NCBI GenBank assembly: GCA_029258885.1
Contig: JAPDJW010000002.1
Coordinates: 32,001 to 96,000, forward strand
Length of the DNA: 64,000 bases
DNA from: Thermoproteota archaeon
GTDB lineage: Archaea; Thermoproteota; Thermoprotei; Thermofilales; B9-G17
Reading direction: 5' to 3'
A program made the position numbers and the translations under genes. Position 1 is the first letter of the stretch; the number at the start of each line of letters is the position of its first letter. Of this stretch, positions 1-8,116 are shown piece after piece. The notes under the pieces were generated by a model. It was not told the origin of the DNA. It saw nothing but the letters and a program-made list of their open reading frames with translations, and did no database searches.

Positions 1-227
1 TTGAGATCTATAAATTTAGCTCCAACGATCTCCGGCTTACAGGCTATCTCTGATCCTTCGATAGTATCTAGGATATATACCTTAGTCGGCCTTCTACCCC
101 ACTTAACTGAAAACAGCCGCGTATCCTCATTAAGATAGTTCAGGTCAAGCTTTTCGGTTAAATCTACGTTAATTCTATGTCTGCTTATGATTTCATCGAG
201 AAGCCTTTGATTTTGAATGTAGTTCAA
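1..227 (-). CDS. Partial hypothetical protein (5' part only; runs off the window start)
   Basis: Manual translation from TTG at 227 is open to position 1: LNYIQNQRLLDEIISRHRINVDLTEKL...IACKPEIVGAKFIDL. Confidence 0.55.
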   Translation of the reverse strand, partial: MNYIQNQRLLDEIISRHRINVDLTEKLDLNYLNEDTRLFSVKWGRRPTKVYILDTIEGSEIACKPEIVGAKFIDL

Positions 228-426
228 TGCCCTAGCCTAAAATAAGGTGAAGAACTTATTAACCTTACTTTTACTTATCCTAGTTTTCCATTTAGCTACT
301 CCAGTTATTTTTTCAAATAGATGAGGCTACATAATTTTTAAGTTAAATTTTATTTAGTATTAGGGGGGTTTATTAGGCTTATTTTGATGTGTTAAGTTTA
401 AATTTATGTTTGTAATAGATAGATGT

Positions 427-849
427 ATGAGCAAAGTTGGGACGATTGGATATCATTATATTATAGAGGCAACGGGATGTGACCCGAAGATACTCGCTGA
501 CTCGAAAAGGCTAAGGGATATACTCACTGAGTCAGCTAAGGTAGGAAAGATGGATATTAGAATAGTGCACTTTTACAAGTTCTCGCCAACGGGCGTCAGC
601 GGAATGATAGTGGTATCGGAGTCGCACATATCCATTCATACATGGCCCGAGGAGGGCTACGCAGCAATAGATGTATACATCTGCGGTACGAAGTCGGAGC
701 CGGAGAAGACTATCGAGTATATACTAGAGCACATCAAGGCAAAGTATGCACACATAACGGAAATCAAGAGGGGAATTAAGGACAACGATGAGTATACGCA
801 CAGCATACTTTCATGGGACGAGACATTTGAAGGATCAAACCAAGATTAA
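427..849 (+). CDS. speD: S-adenosylmethionine decarboxylase proenzyme (pyruvoyl-dependent, class I); arginine decarboxylase paralogue not excluded
   Basis: FSPTGVSGMIVVSESHISIHTWPEEGYAAIDVYICG with the E-S-H self-cleavage site; ATG 427 preferred over ORF-track start 406. Confidence 0.85.
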   Translation: MSKVGTIGYHYIIEATGCDPKILADSKRLRDILTESAKVGKMDIRIVHFYKFSPTGVSGMIVVSESHISIHTWPEEGYAAIDVYICGTKSEPEKTIEYILEHIKAKYAHITEIKRGIKDNDEYTHSILSWDETFEGSNQD

Positions 850-1706
850 TTTATTCTATATTTAAATAGCTCCAGCATAAGCCTTCTCTCGGAAACATTC
901 ATAGGTCTCCCTAAAAACTCCTCAATATTCCCGTATAGCATATTTACGTCTCCATCATACATTCCACCAACTATCCACAGTAGTGCGTCTAGCCTTAAGG
1001 GCGGTATACGGGAGAGATAGCATATATCGCTCCAAACTCTCCTTACCAGAGTAGGATATTTACTTCTTAGAATCCTAACGGCATCAGACAATTTAATATT
1101 GTCTTCGGCCTCTATGACGCCATTTGATAGGCTTACCATACATACTCTATAGTCTACTGGTATGGGTATCTCAAACGGTACCTCTATCGATTTTCCCAAC
1201 GCCTTGAGTAGATAGTAGAACATTTTAATGCTGAAGACAATGGTTTTGGAGTCGCTTCTCGTATCCAATATACGGGCGAGATCATTTCGTAGCTTGGCCA
1301 GATCTAGGACGTATTCATCGAACTTAAGTCTTAGTAGTTGAGGCATCCTAGATATGTATAGTCTAGCTCTGCGTAGCCTAGCATCCCTGAATCTTCCTAG
1401 GCTTGGACTGTTCTCAACGAAGCTTAAGAGTATTAGTTCGGGTCTTTCCCCAGCGTTCCTGGCTACATGTTCTGCGAGGAGATTCCAGTGTTTTTCGCCC
1501 TTAACTGATAACATATAGCTTACTAATGCTGTTCCAACAATGATAATTGCCGCATCGACGGGATCATCTAGGATACTTAATATTTTTCGGACAACAACGT
1601 ATTGTATATCCTTTTCTTCGAGTTCATCTATTATCTTCCTACATGACGCCAGTATTTTACCGATTAATAATACTCTATCTCTATTAATTGAAAACATTTC
1701 AACCAC
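846..1706 (-). CDS. N-glycosylase/DNA lyase, AGOG family (8-oxoguanine repair)
   Basis: KTIVFSIKMF (catalytic Lys), IPIPVDYRV (catalytic Asp), LDALLW. Confidence 0.85.
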   Translation of the reverse strand: MVEMFSINRDRVLLIGKILASCRKIIDELEEKDIQYVVVRKILSILDDPVDAAIIIVGTALVSYMLSVKGEKHWNLLAEHVARNAGERPELILLSFVENSPSLGRFRDARLRRARLYISRMPQLLRLKFDEYVLDLAKLRNDLARILDTRSDSKTIVFSIKMFYYLLKALGKSIEVPFEIPIPVDYRVCMVSLSNGVIEAEDNIKLSDAVRILRSKYPTLVRRVWSDICYLSRIPPLRLDALLWIVGGMYDGDVNMLYGNIEEFLGRPMNVSERRLMLELFKYRIN

Positions 1707-1899
1707 TAATACTCCTTTTAACTATCTTAAGTATTTTAAGCGCCTTTCTCCTGCTTCGAGTCCTCAGCAACACATAGCTACCCATATCAACTACGTTAAA
1801 ATCGCTTAGACTTATACCCAGCCTACTAAGCAGACTCTTCTCTACTTTAACTACGTAGTAGCCCTCCGGATCCCTAGGTCCAAGCTCGCTCAATGACAT
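1699..1899 (-). CDS. Small hypothetical protein
   Basis: 66-aa ORF overlapping the AGOG start by 8 nt, which suggests translational coupling. Confidence 0.6.
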   Translation of the reverse strand: MSLSELGPRDPEGYYVVKVEKSLLSRLGISLSDFNVVDMGSYVLLRTRSRRKALKILKIVKRSISG

Positions 1900-2064
1900 A
1901 CCGCTAGAATTGATAACTCTAGCAATTAATTTGCTTTACCTCACTTAAACGTATACAACAAAGACTATTCGTTTATTTGGGATATTTTGGGAACGCTATA
2001 TTTATATTTCTCTTTTTGTTTGGATGCTTGGTGCTATCAGGCTTACGCCGATGACGGCTTACCC

Positions 2065-2199
2065 CGTAACCCGCACCCAGTGGTGTGCGGGAATGTAGCT
2101 CCCAATGAACCATCGAAAAAGGTGAAGTGGATGAGGAAGAAGCCCGTGCCAGCCATCAAAATATCGAAAATACCCAAAAGATAATGCACAGGCAACCAC
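2065..2199 (+). ncRNA. Orphan TnpB right-end/omega-RNA-like scaffold (non-autonomous IS200/IS605 remnant); putative guide from 2200
   Basis: Ungapped 106/135-nt identity to the reverse complement of 4565-4699; hairpins CCCGCAC/GTGCGGG and GCCCGTGC/GCACAGGC; similarity ends sharply after GGCAACCAC. Confidence 0.8.
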
Positions 2200-2204
2200 G
2201 TGTG

Positions 2205-2666
2205 TTACCAGTACCAGAGATACTTCTCGTAGTTTTCAACTTTGTATTTTCTGCCCTTCTTAACTATTTTAAATCCCTCGTTTCTCAGCCTCTCCGCCTG
2301 TAGCTCTACGCCGCCGGGGAACTTTTCGTTTAAGCTTCCATCGGCCTTTAATACGCGCCAGTAAGGTGTTACCTCGTCTAAGGTTTTCTCTCCCTTTCTC
2401 AGCATCTCCTCCGCGCACTCCGCAGCTATACGTAGGAACCATCCCGTAGCTAGTGGGCAGGTTAAGTCTGCTCCAAAATCTTTTGCAAGCTTATCCCTCA
2501 GTATTTTAACGGTAGAGAGCCTGCCCTTGGGAATCTGCCTTATCATGGAATCCACTAAGAGAGGCGAAGGTACAAGCATCTTGCCTCTTCCACGGGGATC
2601 ATCTTCAATATGCGGCTTAATATCCTTCCTAAGCTTTTCACACCAAGTCTTTCTCTTATAAACCAT
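2205..2666 (-). CDS. MGMT/alkyltransferase-like (ATL-type) DNA-binding protein
   Basis: IRQIPKGRLST...TCPLATG...TPYWRVLKADG...LRNEG; PYWRV in place of the catalytic PCHRV; ATG 2666 preferred over 2705. Confidence 0.75.
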   Translation of the reverse strand: MVYKRKTWCEKLRKDIKPHIEDDPRGRGKMLVPSPLLVDSMIRQIPKGRLSTVKILRDKLAKDFGADLTCPLATGWFLRIAAECAEEMLRKGEKTLDEVTPYWRVLKADGSLNEKFPGGVELQAERLRNEGFKIVKKGRKYKVENYEKYLWYW

Positions 2667-2990
2667 AGTTAAAAGCACCGATATCCAATAGTGTGCCATC
2701 AACATAAATCTAACCTATAAGATTGTTGTATGATAGCTTAGTGGTTGCTATAGTCGTACGAGTTAATTAAGCTAATTGAGTTTTGACTTGCCTATAGCAG
2801 TAATGCTATCGAACTGTATGAGCTATAGGTGAAAATATGAATTAGCTGAAATGTGTAAGGTTTATGAAAGAAGTTTTAACTACAGGGAAAAGCCAGTTGT
2901 TATACCTATGTAGTTAAAAGATCTATAGATAAGCAGTTTAGGAAGAAGAGATTATAAGTTGCACGAGATTGTAAGGAAAGATGTATGTTA

Positions 2991-3066
2991 TGGGGCCCGG
3001 GCCGAGATTTGAACTCGGGATCTTCGGCTCCACAGGCCGATGTGTTGCCGCTACACCACCCGGGCC
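2991..3066 (-). tRNA. tRNA-His (GTG), intron-less, with genomically encoded G-1, C73 and CCA
   Basis: Acceptor stem GCCCGGG/CCCGGGC, anticodon arm TCGGC-CTGTGGA-GCCGA, T arm with GTTCAAATC, upstream AAAAAATATAAAT BRE/TATA. Confidence 0.97.
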
Positions 3067-3242
3067 TCATTTAGTGTTTTAAAGAACTTTGATTTATATT
3101 TTTTGACGGTATTATGGGGTGTGGTGACTTTCATAATAATTTTAGATTATCGCGGGTTGTTGGTGATGGCTTTCTACGTGTTTGTCGATTGTCGTCTACA
3201 GTATGTTTATTTCTATCTACTGTTATTTTATGGTAGGGGATT

Positions 3243-4109
3243 ATGGTTTCTGAGATTGATTTAAGCTATATTTTTCAGGCTTTATCGCATGAGACTAGAA
3301 GGAAGATGATTAAGATTTTGGCTGAGAGGGGGTCTTTATCGTTTAGTGAGCTTATGGAGCTGGCTGGTATCGAGGAGACGGGTACTTTTGGCTTTCATAT
3401 GAGGAGGATTGAGGATTTAGTTGAGAAGCTTGATGATGGAAGGTATAGACTCTCGGATTTAGGTAGGCTTGCCTATAGCATTATATGTTTTGCTGAAGGT
3501 AAGGGAGATATTGTACCGTCTCGCCCCGTTAAAGGGGAGGTTAAGGTGTTTAACTATATATCTAAGGTTGTTGTTGATAGAAGTTTGCTGGAGAAGTACA
3601 GTAAGGTTGGCTTCGACTATATTGGTAAGGTCGTATTCACGGAGGATGTCGATGAGGAGCTATTCAGGGATAAGGTTCTCTTCTTTAAGGGAGTTGGGAA
3701 AATTGTTGTCCCTAAGCACTTGGTTAGGTTAGCTTACAGCCTACTGGATGAATACTGTGGCAGCGTTATCGGATATGAGGATAAGGTTCCGAAGCGGTGG
3801 CTTGAGGAGAAGAGAGGGGTCAGGGAACTGGTTAACTACGGTGAAATGGTAATTACCAGGAGAAGGCTTGAGAAGGCAGTTGAGGAAGGCTATATGCTTA
3901 GAATAGAAAACCATGGCACGCTCATCATAGAGGAGGACGTCAATCCCGAGCTATTCGAAAGAGCAGTATTTTCGATAGATTCACGTGGAGAAATATATGC
4001 CGCCAGTAAGCTACATAGGATAATCTCGGATAAGATAGAGAGTATAAGCGGAGGAGTAAGGGATCTAGCAGAGCTTACTGAGAAGGGTGCTTCACTTCAA
4101 CATGCTTAG
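3243..4109 (+). CDS. ArsR-like winged-helix regulator with internally duplicated C-terminal domain
   Basis: IFQALSHETRRKMIKILAERGSLSFSEL...FGFHMRRIEDLV...GRYRLS; repeated EDV..ELF...V unit. Confidence 0.75.
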   Translation: MVSEIDLSYIFQALSHETRRKMIKILAERGSLSFSELMELAGIEETGTFGFHMRRIEDLVEKLDDGRYRLSDLGRLAYSIICFAEGKGDIVPSRPVKGEVKVFNYISKVVVDRSLLEKYSKVGFDYIGKVVFTEDVDEELFRDKVLFFKGVGKIVVPKHLVRLAYSLLDEYCGSVIGYEDKVPKRWLEEKRGVRELVNYGEMVITRRRLEKAVEEGYMLRIENHGTLIIEEDVNPELFERAVFSIDSRGEIYAASKLHRIISDKIESISGGVRDLAELTEKGASLQHA

Positions 4110-4564
4110 CAGTTTACGTAGCTCGTTAATCTTAGCTTTTACGGCCTCCTCTGTCTTGAATTCATGCTCTATTCTATCTAGTAGCTTGCTTATTTTTACT
4201 TTTAAATCTCCTCCAGCTAGCTCCTCCACTCTTTTCCAGTCGATTGAATAGTAGTGCATGATCATTAGTTTAAGGGCGTCCTCTAAATCTTTGATGGAGG
4301 ATAGTATTAATACTTTAGCAACTATGTTCTCTTCCAGAGGAGTTATTTTAACGTCCTGACATTTTACGTGAACTGTAATGCTGCGCTTAAGCGACTCCTC
4401 GTCTAAATATGTTCTTGGATACTTGAAGTCAAGCCTATATCCATCTACGATAACGGTGAAGTGTCCTCCATTCCTATATGCTGCAAGTGCTTCATTGGGA
4501 TTTATATCGAAGTTCTCCCTTTTAAGCTCCTCTACAAGCCTATATATCGATTGTAGGCTATCTG
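4092..4564 (-). pseudogene. 5'-truncated nucleotidyltransferase-superfamily gene (about 157 codons), cut at the TnpB right end
   Basis: Manual translation PDSLQSIYRLVEELK...ITPLEENIVAKVLILSSIKDLEDAL...IDWKRV...MLK*; no start codon; frame begins at the element end. Confidence 0.65.
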
Positions 4565-4759
4565 GTGGTTGCCCGTGCTTTATATTTTGGAAATTATGAG
4601 TATTTCAGGAATTTGCACGGGCTTCTCCCTCAGCCACCTCATCTGGCTCGGTGGTTCATTGGAAGCTACATCCCCGCACACCACTAGGTGCAGGTTACGA
4701 TGGATTAGGCATATTCTCCCGCTCCTGATGGCTACTTTGCCGTCATTGGAGCGGGAGAA
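4545..4759 (-). ncRNA. Putative omega-RNA overlapping the tnpB 3' end; scaffold 4759-4565, guide about 4564-4545
   Basis: 12-bp stem TTCTCCCGCTCC/GGAGCGGGAGAA; CCTGCAC/GTGCGGG stem with GTGGT in the loop complementary to terminal ACCAC; perfect GCCCGTGC/GCACGGGC stem; end defined by comparison with the orphan copy. Confidence 0.75.
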
Positions 4760-5840
4760 GAGGTTAAGACAAGCAACATACTGAGCGTTAAATGTAAAAC
4801 CACATCTCCTACATCTAAATGTCTCTTTATCAACTCTATTCCTCTTATCCATGTAACCGCATATTGGGCATGTGATGGAGGTTTTCCTAGCATTAACCTC
4901 CAGTACACTCAAGCCTCGTTCATAGAATTTATAGTCAATGTACTCTATGAACCTACGGTATGGGAAGGTGGATAACCTGTAGTTCAGTTGCTTACTCTTC
5001 TTCCTACCATTAAGCCTTAAGTCCTTGAGGTTCTCTCTGATTAAGTCAGCCTCATATTCCTTGGCAGTCTCTGCTAGTAACGTAGTTATCTTCTTTAACC
5101 TATCCTCTACACGCTTCCTCTCACGACGACCATACTTAGCTAGGAGCTTATCGCGTACTCTTGGGTTCTTCACTTTCTCTTGTATGCTCTTCCTGATTCT
5201 CCTGTAGTTAGTACGTATTTTCCTGATATCGTGCCTTATTGAGAACAGTACAGCTTCATTCCTATTGTAATTAACTAGTAGGCAGTCAATACTATCCTCA
5301 TTAATATCTATGAAAAGCTTATTCTCATGCTCACCAACCTCAACGTTCTTACGTATGGTTAGGAGTAAGTAGATACTGTTACCATCAACTAGCATCTTGG
5401 AGTTGCCTAGCTTAGCTCCTTCAAGCTCTCTCCTAGCGTAATCGTACTTCATCACTAGGAATCTTAAGTAGACACCATTACCTTTAGATACCGTCAGTAC
5501 TGAGAAGCCGTGCCTTCTCTCAAGCTTGTAGGTATCAACGTGGAGTTCAACGACTTTATTATCCTCTACTGTAGGTAGTGATGGCGGCGATATTCTCTTC
5601 CTCTTCTTCTCCGGTAACCGCTTCCACCTGTTCAGTAGCTTCCTGTAGCTACGGTACATTGCTAACGCCCTCTTATATGCTTCCTGAACAAACTTATTGT
5701 GTAGGTGAGGATACCTTTCTCTCAATACTCTATAGCATAGCTCGTGTGCTTTCTTCCTACTGCAAACATTATTTTTAACAATGATTTTTAGAGCATCCCT
5801 TATCATTGCTGTATAGTCGTTTAGAAGAGAGAACAACTGG
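4565..5840 (-). mobile_element. IS200/IS605 (IS1341-like, tnpB-only) element; right end at 4565, left end not recognisable
   Basis: tnpB plus structured right end; no tnpA in the window; left boundary approximate. Confidence 0.7.
4580..5836 (-). CDS. tnpB: TnpB (IS200/IS605 family RNA-guided endonuclease) with non-canonical RuvC-III and probably clipped N-terminus
   Basis: RuvC-I FIDINEDS, RuvC-II IRENLKDL, YKFYERG, TSITCPICG...CRRCG zinc finger, NAQYVACLNL; 418 aa. Confidence 0.92.
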   Translation of the reverse strand: MFSLLNDYTAMIRDALKIIVKNNVCSRKKAHELCYRVLRERYPHLHNKFVQEAYKRALAMYRSYRKLLNRWKRLPEKKRKRISPPSLPTVEDNKVVELHVDTYKLERRHGFSVLTVSKGNGVYLRFLVMKYDYARRELEGAKLGNSKMLVDGNSIYLLLTIRKNVEVGEHENKLFIDINEDSIDCLLVNYNRNEAVLFSIRHDIRKIRTNYRRIRKSIQEKVKNPRVRDKLLAKYGRRERKRVEDRLKKITTLLAETAKEYEADLIRENLKDLRLNGRKKSKQLNYRLSTFPYRRFIEYIDYKFYERGLSVLEVNARKTSITCPICGYMDKRNRVDKETFRCRRCGFTFNAQYVACLNLFSRSNDGKVAIRSGRICLIHRNLHLVVCGDVASNEPPSQMRWLREKPVQIPEILIISKI

Positions 5841-6212
5841 TTATATAGGGAATATATTGCCTTAAGGAAATATGCTGAAAAATATGGAATTAGCTTTGCA
5901 ACATGTAAGGAGGGTTTCTTCAGCCTTCATACGGCTCCGGACTGCTGTGGCATGTTTTTCCTCGAAGACTATGTGCTAAGACCTACTCTTTATGAGGCGT
6001 GGCTTATGTATAGGCGGGATCGACGGGTTCCATCGATCGATGAATTACTTTCCGAATATTGTACCCAAGGAAATTACATCTGTAGTATTAGATTAGTCGA
6101 CTACCCGAGGGTAATTAGGAAGGGTATTAGAAATCACGAAAAAATGTTGGGGAAAGTGTTATGTAATAGAGAGCTTTTAGGGAAGGTAGCTTTTGAATTC
6201 ACCTATGTTTAG
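5838..6212 (+). pseudogene. C-terminal fragment of a radical SAM (SPL-like) gene
   Basis: Frame upstream of ORF 5952 reads LRKYAEKYGISFATCKEGFFSLHTAPDCCG, similar to the C-terminus of 34854..35741 (AHEYGLTFATCREGFPELH..TCNG); no CxxxCxxC part; 5' boundary approximate. Confidence 0.65.
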
Positions 6213-6508
6213 CTTTTCGTCGAGTTTACGCATACGTGTTGGCGGTGCCTATATGTATGTCTATGTACAGTCATGTTGCAGTTGTGGTGGTAGAGGTGCT
6301 GGCATGTGCACTTGTGTGTTCTAGTACAGTTATGGATTCTTAATCTAGTGTGGTTCTGACAGCATATTCTACACGGAGTATATCCCTGCCCTTCACTATC
6401 GTCTGTTGATTGATCCTGAACTGTTGTGCTTGGCTGGGTGTATGCTATAATTAGTCCTGCAAGCACTATCAGCATTATTATTGAAACTACGGCTATCGTC
6501 TTCATCAA
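6209..6508 (-). CDS. Small membrane-anchored/secreted Cys/His-rich protein
   Basis: N-terminal hydrophobic helix, Ser/Thr/Asp linker, then CRICCQNHT...HNCTRTHKCTCQHLYHHNCNMTVHRH. Confidence 0.6.
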   Translation of the reverse strand: MMKTIAVVSIIMLIVLAGLIIAYTQPSTTVQDQSTDDSEGQGYTPCRICCQNHTRLRIHNCTRTHKCTCQHLYHHNCNMTVHRHTYRHRQHVCVNSTKS

Positions 6509-6544
6509 GCATTAGGGGGCTAGGATACCTTAATTAAGGATTAT

Positions 6545-6973
6545 TCACAATTTGTGACTCCTAATTCGACTCAAGTCGTTATCCCATGTGCATAGCTTGT
6601 ATCTGAGCCTTAATATGGGATCCTTATCCACTAGAACTAGACCTTCCTTGAATATCCTAATTCTAATCCAGTCGCGGGCGAAACGTATATCGACAAAATC
6701 TATAGGGAAACCTATATTCCTTTCAAGCTTCTCGGCTAAATCGCTCAGATAATTATACGATTCTATTATGTCAGCTATCTTATTATCTAGAATTACCGCT
6801 ATATCTATATCCCTGAAAGGCCTATCCTTAAGGAATCCTCCGAAAAGTATTGCACATACAATGTTATCATCCTTAAGTAGTAGTTCCCTAATTAAATCTA
6901 CGACCTTCTCCTTTTCGCCGGGACTTAAAGTGTAAAATCTCAGTTTAGAACTATCCTTTATGCTTGGCTGCAT
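6545..6973 (-). CDS. Minimal nucleotidyltransferase (MNT) antitoxin
   Basis: AILFGGFLKDRPFRDIDIAV, IGFPIDFVDI, IFKEGLVL; ATG 6973 preferred over 7030. Confidence 0.8.
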   Translation of the reverse strand: MQPSIKDSSKLRFYTLSPGEKEKVVDLIRELLLKDDNIVCAILFGGFLKDRPFRDIDIAVILDNKIADIIESYNYLSDLAEKLERNIGFPIDFVDIRFARDWIRIRIFKEGLVLVDKDPILRLRYKLCTWDNDLSRIRSHKL

Positions 6974-7382
6974 ATTTAATAACCTCATCGATAAACGTTT
7001 TAATAGAGCCGATACCACTTTCCCTCGCATTCTTATATATTAAGGAATCATCTACCTCCCAGTACCTATGTACGACTAGATTCCTTAAACCCACAAGTTT
7101 TATCATATTATTAGCGGTATTCTCATCTATAACATTTAGTCTCGCTAATTCCCTAAAAACATCCTTATATGCCTCCGGTGCTTCATTGAATACCTCCTCC
7201 AAAATATGTATGCCCATAAGTGTACAGGCTTCCACCACCTGTACTATTGCATACCTCACTGCAAATACTATCTTGAAATCGTTTAGGAATAGATTTAATG
7301 GTCTAGAAGTAGCATCCTCAATTACCTTAAGCGCTACCTCCGCTTCACGCCTTAATCTATTTAATCGCCTAAAGTCTAACAT
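6951..7382 (-). CDS. HEPN (DUF86/HepT-like) RNase toxin
   Basis: AVRYAIVQVVEAC, GLRNLVVHRYWEVD (R-x4-H motif). Confidence 0.88.
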   Translation of the reverse strand: MLDFRRLNRLRREAEVALKVIEDATSRPLNLFLNDFKIVFAVRYAIVQVVEACTLMGIHILEEVFNEAPEAYKDVFRELARLNVIDENTANNMIKLVGLRNLVVHRYWEVDDSLIYKNARESGIGSIKTFIDEVIKYAAKHKG

Positions 7383-7487
7383 TATATCCTTACCAATTAC
7401 TTATCTATCAATAGTTTATATAAACACTTGTTCCTAGATTAGCACTAAGAAGATAAGTTAAATAGCCTATGTTTTTAGTATTTCGTT

Positions 7488-8075
7488 ATGGGAGATATAA
7501 TCAATGTTCTAGTTAACATTGCTAGGGAGACACAGGGTATTAAGTGGATTCTAGTCGGTAGTACGGCGAGCTATTTAAACGGCGTGGACGTTAGGCCTAA
7601 GGATATCGATATTTTATCCGATAGAGATGGCGCAATTGCCCTTGGAAGGTATTTATCCGCAAAGTACGAAGTTGTTAAGCCCATGACGTATAGCACTTCA
7701 GAAGTATATGAGAGCTACTTTGGAATATATAAAATAGGTGCCGTAAAAGTGGAGGTTATGGGCAACCTGGTAATTAAGGGTAGGTATGGAAGATTCTCGG
7801 TACCCTTTGATGAAATGCTACGCTTTTCTAGGGAGATTATATTAAAAGGGGTAGTTGTTCGACTAGTTCCGCTCGAGTGGCAGCTTGTAGCAAACCTCTA
7901 CATTCCAGGTAAGGAGAAGCGTGTGGACAGGATACTTGATGCTCTAGTAAGAAATGGTATAGATATTGAAGCGTTAAGATACATATTAAAGTATTGTAGC
8001 AAGGGAGTCGCTACAGTGGTTAATAGACTGCTGAAATCTAGAGGAGTAGAAGTCCAGTTAAATTACTTTATGTGA
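7488..8075 (+). CDS. Nucleotidyltransferase-fold protein
   Basis: WILVGSTASYLNGVDVRPKDIDIL, KVEVMG, VPLEWQL. Confidence 0.7.
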   Translation: MGDIINVLVNIARETQGIKWILVGSTASYLNGVDVRPKDIDILSDRDGAIALGRYLSAKYEVVKPMTYSTSEVYESYFGIYKIGAVKVEVMGNLVIKGRYGRFSVPFDEMLRFSREIILKGVVVRLVPLEWQLVANLYIPGKEKRVDRILDALVRNGIDIEALRYILKYCSKGVATVVNRLLKSRGVEVQLNYFM

Positions 8076-8116
8076 TCTTTACTGGTTTTAGAAAAGGAGA
8101 TTGGAATAAAATAGGT

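Noticed and set aside
1987-2184. 65-aa ORF whose C-terminus resembles the TnpB tail
   Set aside because: TTG start and unrelated N-half; better explained as the residual frame of the omega-RNA/right-end remnant
2706-2990. Integrated element at the tRNA-His 3' end
   Set aside because: Degraded coding-like sequence is present, but no integrase and no duplicated att sequence were found
3040-3264. 74-aa ORF
   Set aside because: Overlaps tRNA-His and its promoter; spurious
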